Shown: positions 17,148 to 24,579 of the stretch, one piece after another
Layout of the letters: the number at the start of each line of letters is the position of its first letter
How positions within the stretch are numbered: position 1 is the stretch's first letter
From: a virus
Taxonomy: Duplodnaviria > Caudoviricetes
Length of the DNA stretch: 47,142 nucleotides
IMG/VR virus record: IMGVR_UViG_3300027790_000008
Location: 1-47,142 of that record
Reading direction: 5' to 3' (one strand)
Translations under genes and position numbers: made by a program
The notes under the pieces: generated by a model
The model's database searches: none
What the model saw: the letters and a program-made list of their open reading frames with translations, nothing else
Told to the model about the DNA's origin: nothing

Positions 17148-18254
17148 TTAGATCCCGCGCTGATCCACGACGCTCAAGAGTTCGTCCATCGTGTGATGGC
17201 GGTACACCCGCAGGATTGTCCGGGCGTCGGTGGCCGTCAACTTGGCGACGGTCTCGATCGCAACGCCCCGCCGCAACATGAGGGTAATGGCCGTGTGCTT
17301 CATGACGTGCGGCGTGACCCATCCATAGCCAATGTCCCGCATGAACGTGTCGAAGGCCGACGCAGACCGCATCCCGCAGACCCGCTTGCCCCGGCCTCGG
17401 ATCAAAAAGGCTTCTTCCAGATCGGCCCGGATGCCGACGGTCATAGGAACCACGGGACGCCGCTTTCTGGATACAACCTTATCCGGCGGGTTGAAGTCGA
17501 TCTTCCCGGTGATGAAATCAACCTGCGGCCCGAACCGAAGATCCAGAAGGACGCCTTTCCGCGCGCCATAGGCCAGCCCCATTTTCGTGAACAGGCGGAC
17601 CCCCAGAGGCGCATCCGGCAGGCGGGCGATAATCTCCCGCTCCTGCTGTTCGGTTAGCCAGGTATCCCGCCCTTGCCCGTCAGAAGGCTTCTCAAACCGA
17701 TAGACGGGTTTGCCGCGGATCATTCCCTTGCGGCTCCCGAAGTTCAGGACAGCTTGCAGGGCGGTAATCTCCCTGCGGATCGTCGCGGGCTTGACTGCGC
17801 GTTCTCCGTGGCTCCCAGCGGCTCTACGGCGCGCGTAAGCGTCAACGTCCTGATCCCGGACCGCCACAGCCGCCGTCTTGCCAAAAGCTGCCAGCGGGGC
17901 GCGCATGTTCTGCCTGTCGGACTTTTCATTCCCGCGGCGCCGTGAGTGCATGTAGATGTACGCCTCGAAGACGTCGGCAACCGTCTTGTCGTCAAAGTCG
18001 TCGTCGGCATTGCGCACCGTCAAGAAGCGGGCCAACGCGGCCTCTGCCTTATCGCGGCTTCCAGTTTTGGTGCTTTTGCGCTTGGACCGCCACCCGCCGC
18101 CTTGGTTTTCAGACCACCGGATTTCGTAATATCCGAATGAGTTGGGTTCGTCGCTCAGATGCGGGAAGGTTCTCATGACGTGTACGGCTCTATCAGGTCG
18201 ATGATTTGAGAGGCGACGGACAGGGGCGGGCATCGGTGCTTCTTCACTGGTCAT
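17148..18254 (-). CDS. int: Tyrosine recombinase / phage integrase (start codon uncertain)
   Basis: Arm-binding-like N-terminus (YEIRW...RKSTKT), core-binding KPATIRREITALQAVLN, catalytic YGAR, PHVMKHT and VYRH. Confidence 0.88.
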   Translation of the reverse strand: MTSEEAPMPAPVRRLSNHRPDRAVHVMRTFPHLSDEPNSFGYYEIRWSENQGGGWRSKRKSTKTGSRDKAEAALARFLTVRNADDDFDDKTVADVFEAYIYMHSRRRGNEKSDRQNMRAPLAAFGKTAAVAVRDQDVDAYARRRAAGSHGERAVKPATIRREITALQAVLNFGSRKGMIRGKPVYRFEKPSDGQGRDTWLTEQQEREIIARLPDAPLGVRLFTKMGLAYGARKGVLLDLRFGPQVDFITGKIDFNPPDKVVSRKRRPVVPMTVGIRADLEEAFLIRGRGKRVCGMRSASAFDTFMRDIGYGWVTPHVMKHTAITLMLRRGVAIETVAKLTATDARTILRVYRHHTMDELLSVVDQRGI

Positions 18255-18457
18255 TCCGTTTCCTCTCTCTCAATCAGTATCCCCGTGATCGGCACCTTGC
18301 CCACCATGACAGTCGCCCGTCGTGGGCCGTAGTCGCACCGGCAATAGAGCGGGGCCATCTGGCGTATCTTCGGGCAGTCGGGGCACAGCCCGTCCGGTCG
18401 TGTGACAAGTTCGCCCTGTGCGCTGCTGTGCGGGCCTGTTTTGACGGTTGCAATCAT
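18251..18457 (-). CDS. Small hypothetical protein with Cys motifs, 68 aa
   Basis: ATGA-coupled to both neighbours. Confidence 0.55.
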   Translation of the reverse strand: MIATVKTGPHSSAQGELVTRPDGLCPDCPKIRQMAPLYCRCDYGPRRATVMVGKVPITGILIEREETE

Positions 18458-18846
18458 ACGAACTCCGCATCCGGGATGACCATGATCCCTTCTTCAAGCA
18501 GCATGGCGTGGGTCTCTCGGAGGGCGTGAATCATCCGCTCCAAGACTGCCGCCTCGTAGTTGAGGACAACAAATTCGTGCCGCTTCTTATCGACCCCTGC
18601 CATGATGTCGTGACAATGCTTGCATCCGAACATCACCAGCATGTCGGTCGGCTTAGTGCTTGTGCCTTTGCCACCCGCGGCCCCCATGTTGTCCGGGTGG
18701 CATCCGACTGTCGTGTCCGGGCCGGAACATGTGTAACCAGGATAGAAAGAACTGATCCGCAACGTGCACGGCATACCAGCGGCGGCCGCCATGATCTGTT
18801 CGGAGCGCACCTTGGGAAGCATGTGTGGGCGGTAGTTGTTGATCAT
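18454..18846 (-). CDS. DUF1364/YbcO-like His-Me finger nuclease-domain protein
   Basis: PCTLRI...C...TTVGCH...G.STKPTD...GCKHCH. Confidence 0.75.
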   Translation of the reverse strand: MINNYRPHMLPKVRSEQIMAAAAGMPCTLRISSFYPGYTCSGPDTTVGCHPDNMGAAGGKGTSTKPTDMLVMFGCKHCHDIMAGVDKKRHEFVVLNYEAAVLERMIHALRETHAMLLEEGIMVIPDAEFV

Positions 18847-19079
18847 GTCCGCGCCTTCATCAGTACGCCCTTAATGGCTGCCTCTCTAAAAGCCCGTCGT
18901 CCAAGCCGCATCGCATAAATCGCTCGGTGTAATTCGATACCGAGGATTTGGGCTACCTGATGCTCGGACATTTTGTCTCTCGCGGCTTTAGTCAAAAAAT
19001 CATCCAACTCAACCGGATCAAAGTTCCCGTAGACAGTCAGGCTTGGTTTCTTGGGGGCGGATGTACGCATGAGACTCAT
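18843..19079 (-). CDS. Small protein, possible HTH, 78 aa
   Basis: ATGA-coupled start at 19079; MSEHQVAQILGIELHRAIY HTH-like segment. Confidence 0.55.
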   Translation of the reverse strand: MSLMRTSAPKKPSLTVYGNFDPVELDDFLTKAARDKMSEHQVAQILGIELHRAIYAMRLGRRAFREAAIKGVLMKART

Positions 19080-19411
19080 GTCACCGCCCCGCCAAGTCCG
19101 CAGTAGCCTTCCTTGCGCTCGATGCCATAGCCTTCGGGGTTCCGCACGATCCGCTGCACCGCCTTGTTGTGAAAGCCGACAACCGCCTTCTCCTTGCCGG
19201 TGCGCTCCTTGTGCTGTTCCGCCAGGGAATACATTTCCCGCTTGATTGCGGCCGAGAACTCGGGATCTGTGGCGAGCCGCGGCTTCCATCGCCAGACCGG
19301 GCAGGCATCGCCCATGCAGTTCGGGCCTTTCTTGTCGGCAAATGTCCGGGCCAGCGGACAGGGCATGGTTTCACGGGCCTGCGCCACGGAAAGATAGAGG
19401 GTATCAGTCAT
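19076..19411 (-). CDS. Hypothetical Cys-rich phage protein, 111 aa
   Basis: CPL...CMGDACPVWRW...GYCGLGG motif. Confidence 0.75.
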   Translation of the reverse strand: MTDTLYLSVAQARETMPCPLARTFADKKGPNCMGDACPVWRWKPRLATDPEFSAAIKREMYSLAEQHKERTGKEKAVVGFHNKAVQRIVRNPEGYGIERKEGYCGLGGAVT

Positions 19412-20417
19412 CGGCCTTCTCCTTCGCGAATTTCATGGATTGATCCCAGCCGCCAAGCCATTGCCCGGCCATGACGTGATCGTTGTGCGGGCATTCCGTG
19501 CGGGGTGTTCCGGCCTGCTGTGCCTTCGCGCCATCGGTGAACAGATCGTCCATCGGCGTTGCGTCGGACGTGTCGATTTCATCCGTCCAGTGGCCTCCAT
19601 CCGCGTCGAGGATTTCGCCATCGACCACCTTGGGTTCGTCGGCCTGCGCTTCCTTGAGTTTCTGAGCGAGGTTCTTTTGCGGCTCCGGGGTAATGTCCTT
19701 GATAGGGGCGCTGTCCTGCTCGACCATCACCCGGCGCATGTCTTCGGCGGACAGGTCCAGACGCTTGCAGAGGCGACGGATCACCGTCTTCTTCCACATT
19801 TCGTCCGTCCATTGCTGCCAGATGCCGTTCGGGTTTTCGTGCTTGCGCTGCTGGGGGGAAGACCGACGTATCTTCTCGATCTGGTCGCGGTCCATGAACT
19901 CCCGAACGATTGTTCCGTCCTTGAGTTTCGCGATTGCATAGGCGGCAACCGCACCGCCCTTCTCGCCAAAAAGGATCGGCTTGTGGATCAGGGTTTCATT
20001 GTCGCCCACCACATATTCAAACCGTCCGTCATCCAGTTCCCCTTGATAAACAATGTGCGCCCGAATGTCGGACACATCACCCGAGCGGCGGGCCATCTTG
20101 ATAAGGCCGAACACCATTGGCATTGCCTGGGCGACCTTACCTTCCTTGGTGAAGAACGGCACAATTGCCGCCTCCCGGCCATCCGGCACCAGCCCTGCGG
20201 CGGCAATGGTGCGGATCGACTTCATGACTGTCGCCGGGTTGCAATTCAGGATTTCAGGATTGTCCTGCACCGCCACAACGGCTGCGTTCCGAAACGCCTC
20301 CACTGTCACGTTCGACGGCAGGGCGAGTTCCTTCCGGTCGATCAGCGCGTTAAGATCCTGCTTGAATGCCACGATCGGTTTGACGGCGGTCTTCTTTGTG
20401 GTTGCTACCTCGTTCAT
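19404..20417 (-). CDS. recT: RecT-family ssDNA annealing protein with C-terminal RMF-like extension
   Basis: GLVPDGREAAIVPF, GLIKMARRSG, AYAIAKLKDG, W...DEMWKKTVIRRLCK. Confidence 0.92.
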   Translation of the reverse strand: MNEVATTKKTAVKPIVAFKQDLNALIDRKELALPSNVTVEAFRNAAVVAVQDNPEILNCNPATVMKSIRTIAAAGLVPDGREAAIVPFFTKEGKVAQAMPMVFGLIKMARRSGDVSDIRAHIVYQGELDDGRFEYVVGDNETLIHKPILFGEKGGAVAAYAIAKLKDGTIVREFMDRDQIEKIRRSSPQQRKHENPNGIWQQWTDEMWKKTVIRRLCKRLDLSAEDMRRVMVEQDSAPIKDITPEPQKNLAQKLKEAQADEPKVVDGEILDADGGHWTDEIDTSDATPMDDLFTDGAKAQQAGTPRTECPHNDHVMAGQWLGGWDQSMKFAKEKADD

Positions 20418-20420
20418 GTC

Positions 20421-21401
20421 TTACTCCAAGTTCGGCAAAAGTCCGTGCTTCTGCATCTGTTCAAATCGCTTCTGCATACTGTCCGGGTATTGGTAGGCAA
20501 TCGGGTCAGGAGCCACGCCAGGCCACTCCCCCGTGTCGAGCCCGTGCTTCATCCTGTCCAAGCCCTGACGGATCAAAACCCGCGCCCAATAGATGCTCAC
20601 AGGGTCAATCTCTATCGGCACAACCTCGAAAGGCGCGGACGTCTGCACGAACACAAGCGCGCACCGCTCTGCCGTGGTCCCGAAGACAACTTCTGCGCCC
20701 ATGACCGCCAGCGCCATTTGCAGCGGATAGCCGAAGTCCGTGACAGACCTTTGCGCGGAGATAATCAGATCTCGCGATTTCGGGGCAAAGGTTTTCAGAT
20801 CCCCGAAGTCAACGCCATTCGACGGAATGCAGTCCGGGCGGGATTTGATCCATATGCCCGTGATCGGATCTTGCCAGACCATGCTGATTTCGATCAGGTC
20901 GGACGTCAGAACCTCGACGGCAAAAGTGTTCTCCCGAAGGTTCTCACCCATGCGCATAATCTTCTCGACCTGTTCTTCTTTCAGGAGCAAGCGACCGGCG
21001 GCGTTGGCGTCGAACTCTGCCCACCATTCCGCACCTTTTGCGGCAGCATCCGACCATACACCGTCCCGCTCAAAGGCTTTCACCTGTACTGCGGTCGGGC
21101 GGCGGGGCGCATCCTTCGGCACATAGACAAAGTGTTCGTCAAATACCTCGTCACCGAGGATCAGCGCATGAGCGGCCCGGCCAAGGATCAGACTGTCGGA
21201 CGGTTCCTTTTCGGGGTAGCGATCCGGGTTCAGATCAGACGTTTTCCAGAACGCATGAGGGCTTTGCAGGGCCAGAAGCCGAATACCCGTTGAACTGACA
21301 GAAGGCCCATCGCAGCATTGGCTGTGATACCAAGACATGCTCATGCGATAGGCGCCGGGTTCGGTGATGATTTCGCCGTCTGCAATCTCGCGAATGTTCA
21401 T
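20421..21401 (-). CDS. Exonuclease VIII-like PD-(D/E)XK nuclease (RecE partner, DUF3799-type)
   Basis: GRAAHALIL, EISMVW, KSRPD, DLKT and YPLQMA; immediately upstream of recT. Confidence 0.88.
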   Translation of the reverse strand: MNIREIADGEIITEPGAYRMSMSWYHSQCCDGPSVSSTGIRLLALQSPHAFWKTSDLNPDRYPEKEPSDSLILGRAAHALILGDEVFDEHFVYVPKDAPRRPTAVQVKAFERDGVWSDAAAKGAEWWAEFDANAAGRLLLKEEQVEKIMRMGENLRENTFAVEVLTSDLIEISMVWQDPITGIWIKSRPDCIPSNGVDFGDLKTFAPKSRDLIISAQRSVTDFGYPLQMALAVMGAEVVFGTTAERCALVFVQTSAPFEVVPIEIDPVSIYWARVLIRQGLDRMKHGLDTGEWPGVAPDPIAYQYPDSMQKRFEQMQKHGLLPNLE

Positions 21402-21592
21402 TTTGTCATCCTCGCCTCAATGGCCTTCCAGATCCCGGCGGCCGTTGGGTCGTCGGCCCGAATGAAAAACTGGACTGGATTAATCAGGAACGCCCGGATT
21501 TGATGCGGGGGCAGGTCGGGCAGCTCATGGGCGTCGATGCTCCACAATATCCTGATTGCATTGCTGAACTCTCTCTGTGTCAAAAGACGCAC
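21398..21592 (-). CDS. Hypothetical protein, 64 aa
   Basis: Overlap-coupled in the leftward operon; FIRADD...IW motif. Confidence 0.65.
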   Translation of the reverse strand: MRLLTQREFSNAIRILWSIDAHELPDLPPHQIRAFLINPVQFFIRADDPTAAGIWKAIEARMTK

Positions 21593-21840
21593 TCCGTATA
21601 TGCTTTGGTTTGCTCAATGATTGCGGCGGTGTTTGCGCCAGCCTTCACGAAAGTCATGGCCACCACGATCACCACAGCGGCAACGACAATGATTTGAGCG
21701 GCCCGAAACCACTTCTCCGTCCGGTCAGCCCGCTTTTTGGCGAGATAGATGGCGGCAGTCAGTGATCGGTCAAGAACGGGGCGGGTTGGGTCGCCAAAAG
21801 CGCGGCCCCGCCAGAAACTCGGGGGATACGGGTCCATCAT
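21580..21840 (-). CDS. Hypothetical membrane protein, 86 aa
   Basis: One TM (IIVVAAVVIVVAMTFV); coupled to its neighbours. Confidence 0.6.
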   Translation of the reverse strand: MMDPYPPSFWRGRAFGDPTRPVLDRSLTAAIYLAKKRADRTEKWFRAAQIIVVAAVVIVVAMTFVKAGANTAAIIEQTKAYTECVF

Positions 21841-22178
21841 TCACACTCCATTTCAAATTGCGCCCGGATCAGGGCGTCACTGGTTTTCCGCGCGCGGTAC
21901 TCCGCAAGGAAATTCTGGATTTCCTCGTGGTGGTTTCGCGGGGTTGGAAAAGGAAGCGCAGACGGCCCGCCACTCGGGGACTCCATTCCAGACGGATCGT
22001 CTGCGCTAACCCCGGCGGGGGATGCTGCCGAGGTGTTCGAATAAAAATGGCCGGTGGCGGTGTCTCCGTGAGTGGTGGCGTCACCACCGGCCAGTTGCGC
22101 GCGACCGAGGCAGGAGGCGGACAGCCCCCATGAAGTCGCGCGGGGTGTGTTCAGAATGTGCCGAATGAAGCGGATCAC
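21837..22178 (-). CDS. Hypothetical protein, 113 aa
   Basis: GTGA/ATGA coupling in the operon. Confidence 0.5.
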   Translation of the reverse strand: MIRFIRHILNTPRATSWGLSASCLGRAQLAGGDATTHGDTATGHFYSNTSAASPAGVSADDPSGMESPSGGPSALPFPTPRNHHEEIQNFLAEYRARKTSDALIRAQFEMECE

Positions 22179-22600
22179 GACGCCGCCTCGTCAGCTTGAG
22201 CGCGCCAGCGGGCCGCGCGGTGCATCGCAATGGAAATGTCCGCCGATACCCATCCGGGCCGAACTCCGGTGCCATAGCGCGCCTCAAGGGCGGCTGCGTC
22301 ACGCTCGTAGTTCTCGGCAATGCCAAGGCACTCTTGCTTGGTCAGGGGCGAGTCTTCCCGGCCCATGATCGTAACAACCGCGCCGATGCTGTCCGTGACG
22401 GCCATGCGCACGGCGGAAAGCAGCTTGTCCTGTTCGGATTCGTCTGCCGGATCGTCGCTTTCGGCTATGTAGATTGCTGCCAAAACGCCCGCGAAAAATT
22501 GAATTTGGCTTGGTGCTTCACCATTTTCAACGGCATCTGCGGCTATGGCCCGGGCCTGTTCGAAGCAAGAAATTAAGGGGGTTTGCTGATTTTCGGTCAA
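22175..22600 (-). CDS. Hypothetical protein, first gene of the leftward operon (TTG start likely at 22600)
   Basis: GAGGG RBS before TTG; no HTH or S24 motif seen. Confidence 0.6.
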   Translation of the reverse strand: MTENQQTPLISCFEQARAIAADAVENGEAPSQIQFFAGVLAAIYIAESDDPADESEQDKLLSAVRMAVTDSIGAVVTIMGREDSPLTKQECLGIAENYERDAAALEARYGTGVRPGWVSADISIAMHRAARWRAQADEAAS

Positions 22601-22917
22601 TGTCGTGCCCTCGTTTTGGTGAGGGTACAATATACAGCGATACGATTATTTCAAGTCGAAAATAAGCCCATTGCGGTATTTTCCGGTGAACACTGAGTTG
22701 CTTTATGCGCGATTCACTCGGGACAAGAATCTGTCTTGGCGTGTGGAGGTGATATGAAGGACTGCATAACGGACGATGTGCAGGGCGCACCAAGCAATTT
22801 GCTTATGAATTACGCAACTGGCATAAAAGTGTCCGTTCCCCTGCCGCAACGCAAGTACCTGATACAAAATAGCTTTCTTTGCTAATTTCGCGCATTGGCC
22901 TTCTGTCCGTTGTTCGA

Positions 22918-22932
22918 TTGGTGTTTTTGGTG
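22918..22932 (+). promoter_or_regulatory. TTGGTGTTTTTGGTG motif upstream of the tandem-HTH regulator
   Basis: Exact copy, within the AT-rich divergent intergenic region 22631-22945. Confidence 0.7.
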
Positions 22933-22945
22933 GTAATCAGATTGC

Positions 22946-23428
22946 ATGACAAAGATGTATGCAAGAACCGTATCCCACGTTTACGATATGTGGCCCGGTG
23001 TGGCCGACATGGCGAACGATCTAGGGGAAAGCCCCCGCGCTCTGATTGAGTCGCGGCTGTCAAAGCAGTTACCGGACCCGAGGCATGATCCTATCCTATT
23101 GGAAAGGGCTGAGAAATCCGGTGTTCACCTGACCCAAGCCAAGATCGACAAGATGCGGTATCAGCCCAAGGCGCCGAAGCGAAAGGCTGTGCGGCGATCC
23201 GGGCGGGTTGTATCCGGCGAACTGGCGGAACGGCGCGAACGCATTGGTGGGTTTGTGCAGTCATTGGGTGGGTACGCCCATGCCGCGGATGCTGTTGGAA
23301 TGAGTGAAAACGCACTCCGCATTGCGGTGACGCGAGGTCAACTGCAACGCAAATACAAGCATGAAATCCTGCTGGCCGCATCGGCAAAGGGGATCGAGGT
23401 CGGGGATGATCTGTTTGACCGGCTTTGA
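22946..23428 (+). CDS. Cro-like regulator with two tandem HTH domains, 160 aa
   Basis: WPGVADMANDLGES... and LGGYAHAADAVGMSENALRIAVTRGQL, both Cro-type; first gene of the rightward operon. Confidence 0.65.
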   Translation: MTKMYARTVSHVYDMWPGVADMANDLGESPRALIESRLSKQLPDPRHDPILLERAEKSGVHLTQAKIDKMRYQPKAPKRKAVRRSGRVVSGELAERRERIGGFVQSLGGYAHAADAVGMSENALRIAVTRGQLQRKYKHEILLAASAKGIEVGDDLFDRL

Positions 23429-23430
23429 AA

Positions 23431-23507
23431 TTCACGGGCAACGGACTTTCTCTCCGTGGCAAGCCGTCAAAACAGGGGGGGAAGCGGCGCCCGTGAAGTG
23501 CCCCCCC
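23431..23507 (+). ncRNA. Candidate structured cis-RNA (three-way junction plus G7:C7 pseudoknot)
   Basis: TTCACGGGC/GCCCGTGAA, ACGGA/TCCGT and GCCG/CGGC stems; loop G7 complementary to a downstream C7. Confidence 0.5.
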
Positions 23508-23528
23508 GATACCTCCCAAGTTGGAACT

Positions 23529-23559
23529 GCCGGGGCCTGAATGGTCCCGGCTTTTTTTT
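23529..23559 (+). terminator. Intrinsic terminator (tR1-like position)
   Basis: GCCGGGGCC-TGAAT-GGTCCCGGC followed by T8. Confidence 0.85.
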
Positions 23560-23572
23560 GAAAGGAAACTAA

Positions 23573-24058
23573 ATGAGTGAGGGTGCAGAAATCCGCCGGG
23601 CCTTTGACGGGCCTGACATTACCCACGACAGTCTGATCGACCACCTGACGGCCCGGATTGCCGAAGAACATGAACGGTCATCCGATGCCAGCGAGAGTGC
23701 GGCCAAGACGTCGGAGTATGTCGAGAAGACGGGCATGAACACGCAGGCGTTGTCTTGGTGCAAGACGATCCTCAAGAAGATGCCGAAGAAGGACGGGCAG
23801 GCGAAGGCGATGGACGTCATCATGTCGATGGAAGCCGCCCTGCCGATGGTCAAAGCGCATGTCGCCGGGCAGGGAACGGCAGATATGTTCCCCGAAGACA
23901 ACGGCGATACGGTGAAGGTGACGGCCGCTCTGGGCGAGCCTGAAAGCCCGGACGTGCCAGAAGAATTTGCCGACGATACGGCGGATTTTTATGCCCATGC
24001 GTCCGAGGTCGAAAACGACACGGTGGAACCGATCGACTTTGGGTCTGCCGCCGAATGA
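23573..24058 (+). CDS. Hypothetical protein (helical N-terminus, acidic tail; possibly GapR/DUF2312-like)
   Basis: AAAGGAAA RBS; family resemblance weak. Confidence 0.6.
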   Translation: MSEGAEIRRAFDGPDITHDSLIDHLTARIAEEHERSSDASESAAKTSEYVEKTGMNTQALSWCKTILKKMPKKDGQAKAMDVIMSMEAALPMVKAHVAGQGTADMFPEDNGDTVKVTAALGEPESPDVPEEFADDTADFYAHASEVENDTVEPIDFGSAAE

Positions 24059-24579
24059 AGATCGTCGCGCTTGATATTGCGACACAAACCGGTGTTGCCG
24101 TTGGAGATTCCGGCGGCAACCCGAAGTCCTGGTCTGTGGATTTGGGAAAGTCGCTGTCACAGGCGCGGCGGCTTTCCGAAGTTCTCAGGTTGACTCAGGA
24201 GCTTATCGAAACACATGCCCCGGATTTCGTCGCTCTGGAAGCGGCCATCGGGGGCAGGAATGCGAGTGCCTACCTGATCAAGCTGGTTGGCTGCGTCGAG
24301 GCGGTTTGTGCCAATCGCGGGGTGCCGTGCGAGGCGTTTCACAGCGGGTCGATCCGCAAGCACTTCTTGGGCAAGGCATATACCGCGCGAGACTTCCCGC
24401 ATTTCAAGGTTGCCGCCGCCAAGAAGGCGATCAAGGGGCTGGTCATGGACCGGTGCCGCCTGCTGGGCTGGGACGTCGAGGATGACAACGCCGCCGATGC
24501 CTGTGCGCTCTGGGACTATGTGTGCGCAAACCGGGCGCGCGGGTATCAGGCAAGACCTGTGGGGGGGCTGTTCAAGTGA
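24055..24579 (+). CDS. RuvC-like Holliday junction resolvase
   Basis: IVALDIATQTGVA, VALE and DDNAADACALW RNase H-fold acidic residues. Confidence 0.8.
   Translation: MKIVALDIATQTGVAVGDSGGNPKSWSVDLGKSLSQARRLSEVLRLTQELIETHAPDFVALEAAIGGRNASAYLIKLVGCVEAVCANRGVPCEAFHSGSIRKHFLGKAYTARDFPHFKVAAAKKAIKGLVMDRCRLLGWDVEDDNAADACALWDYVCANRARGYQARPVGGLFK

Noticed and set aside
17117-17281. ORF starting at the last right-array junction
   Set aside because: Runs antisense through int after 10 codons; treated as a dangling junction, not a gene.
19440-21293. 617-aa plus-strand ORF
   Set aside because: Antisense shadow of recT and the exonuclease; no motifs; expected in high-GC coding DNA.
22527-23063. Minus-strand ORFs of 88 and 86 aa as a CI repressor
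   Set aside because: No HTH pattern or RBS; they overlap better-supported genes.
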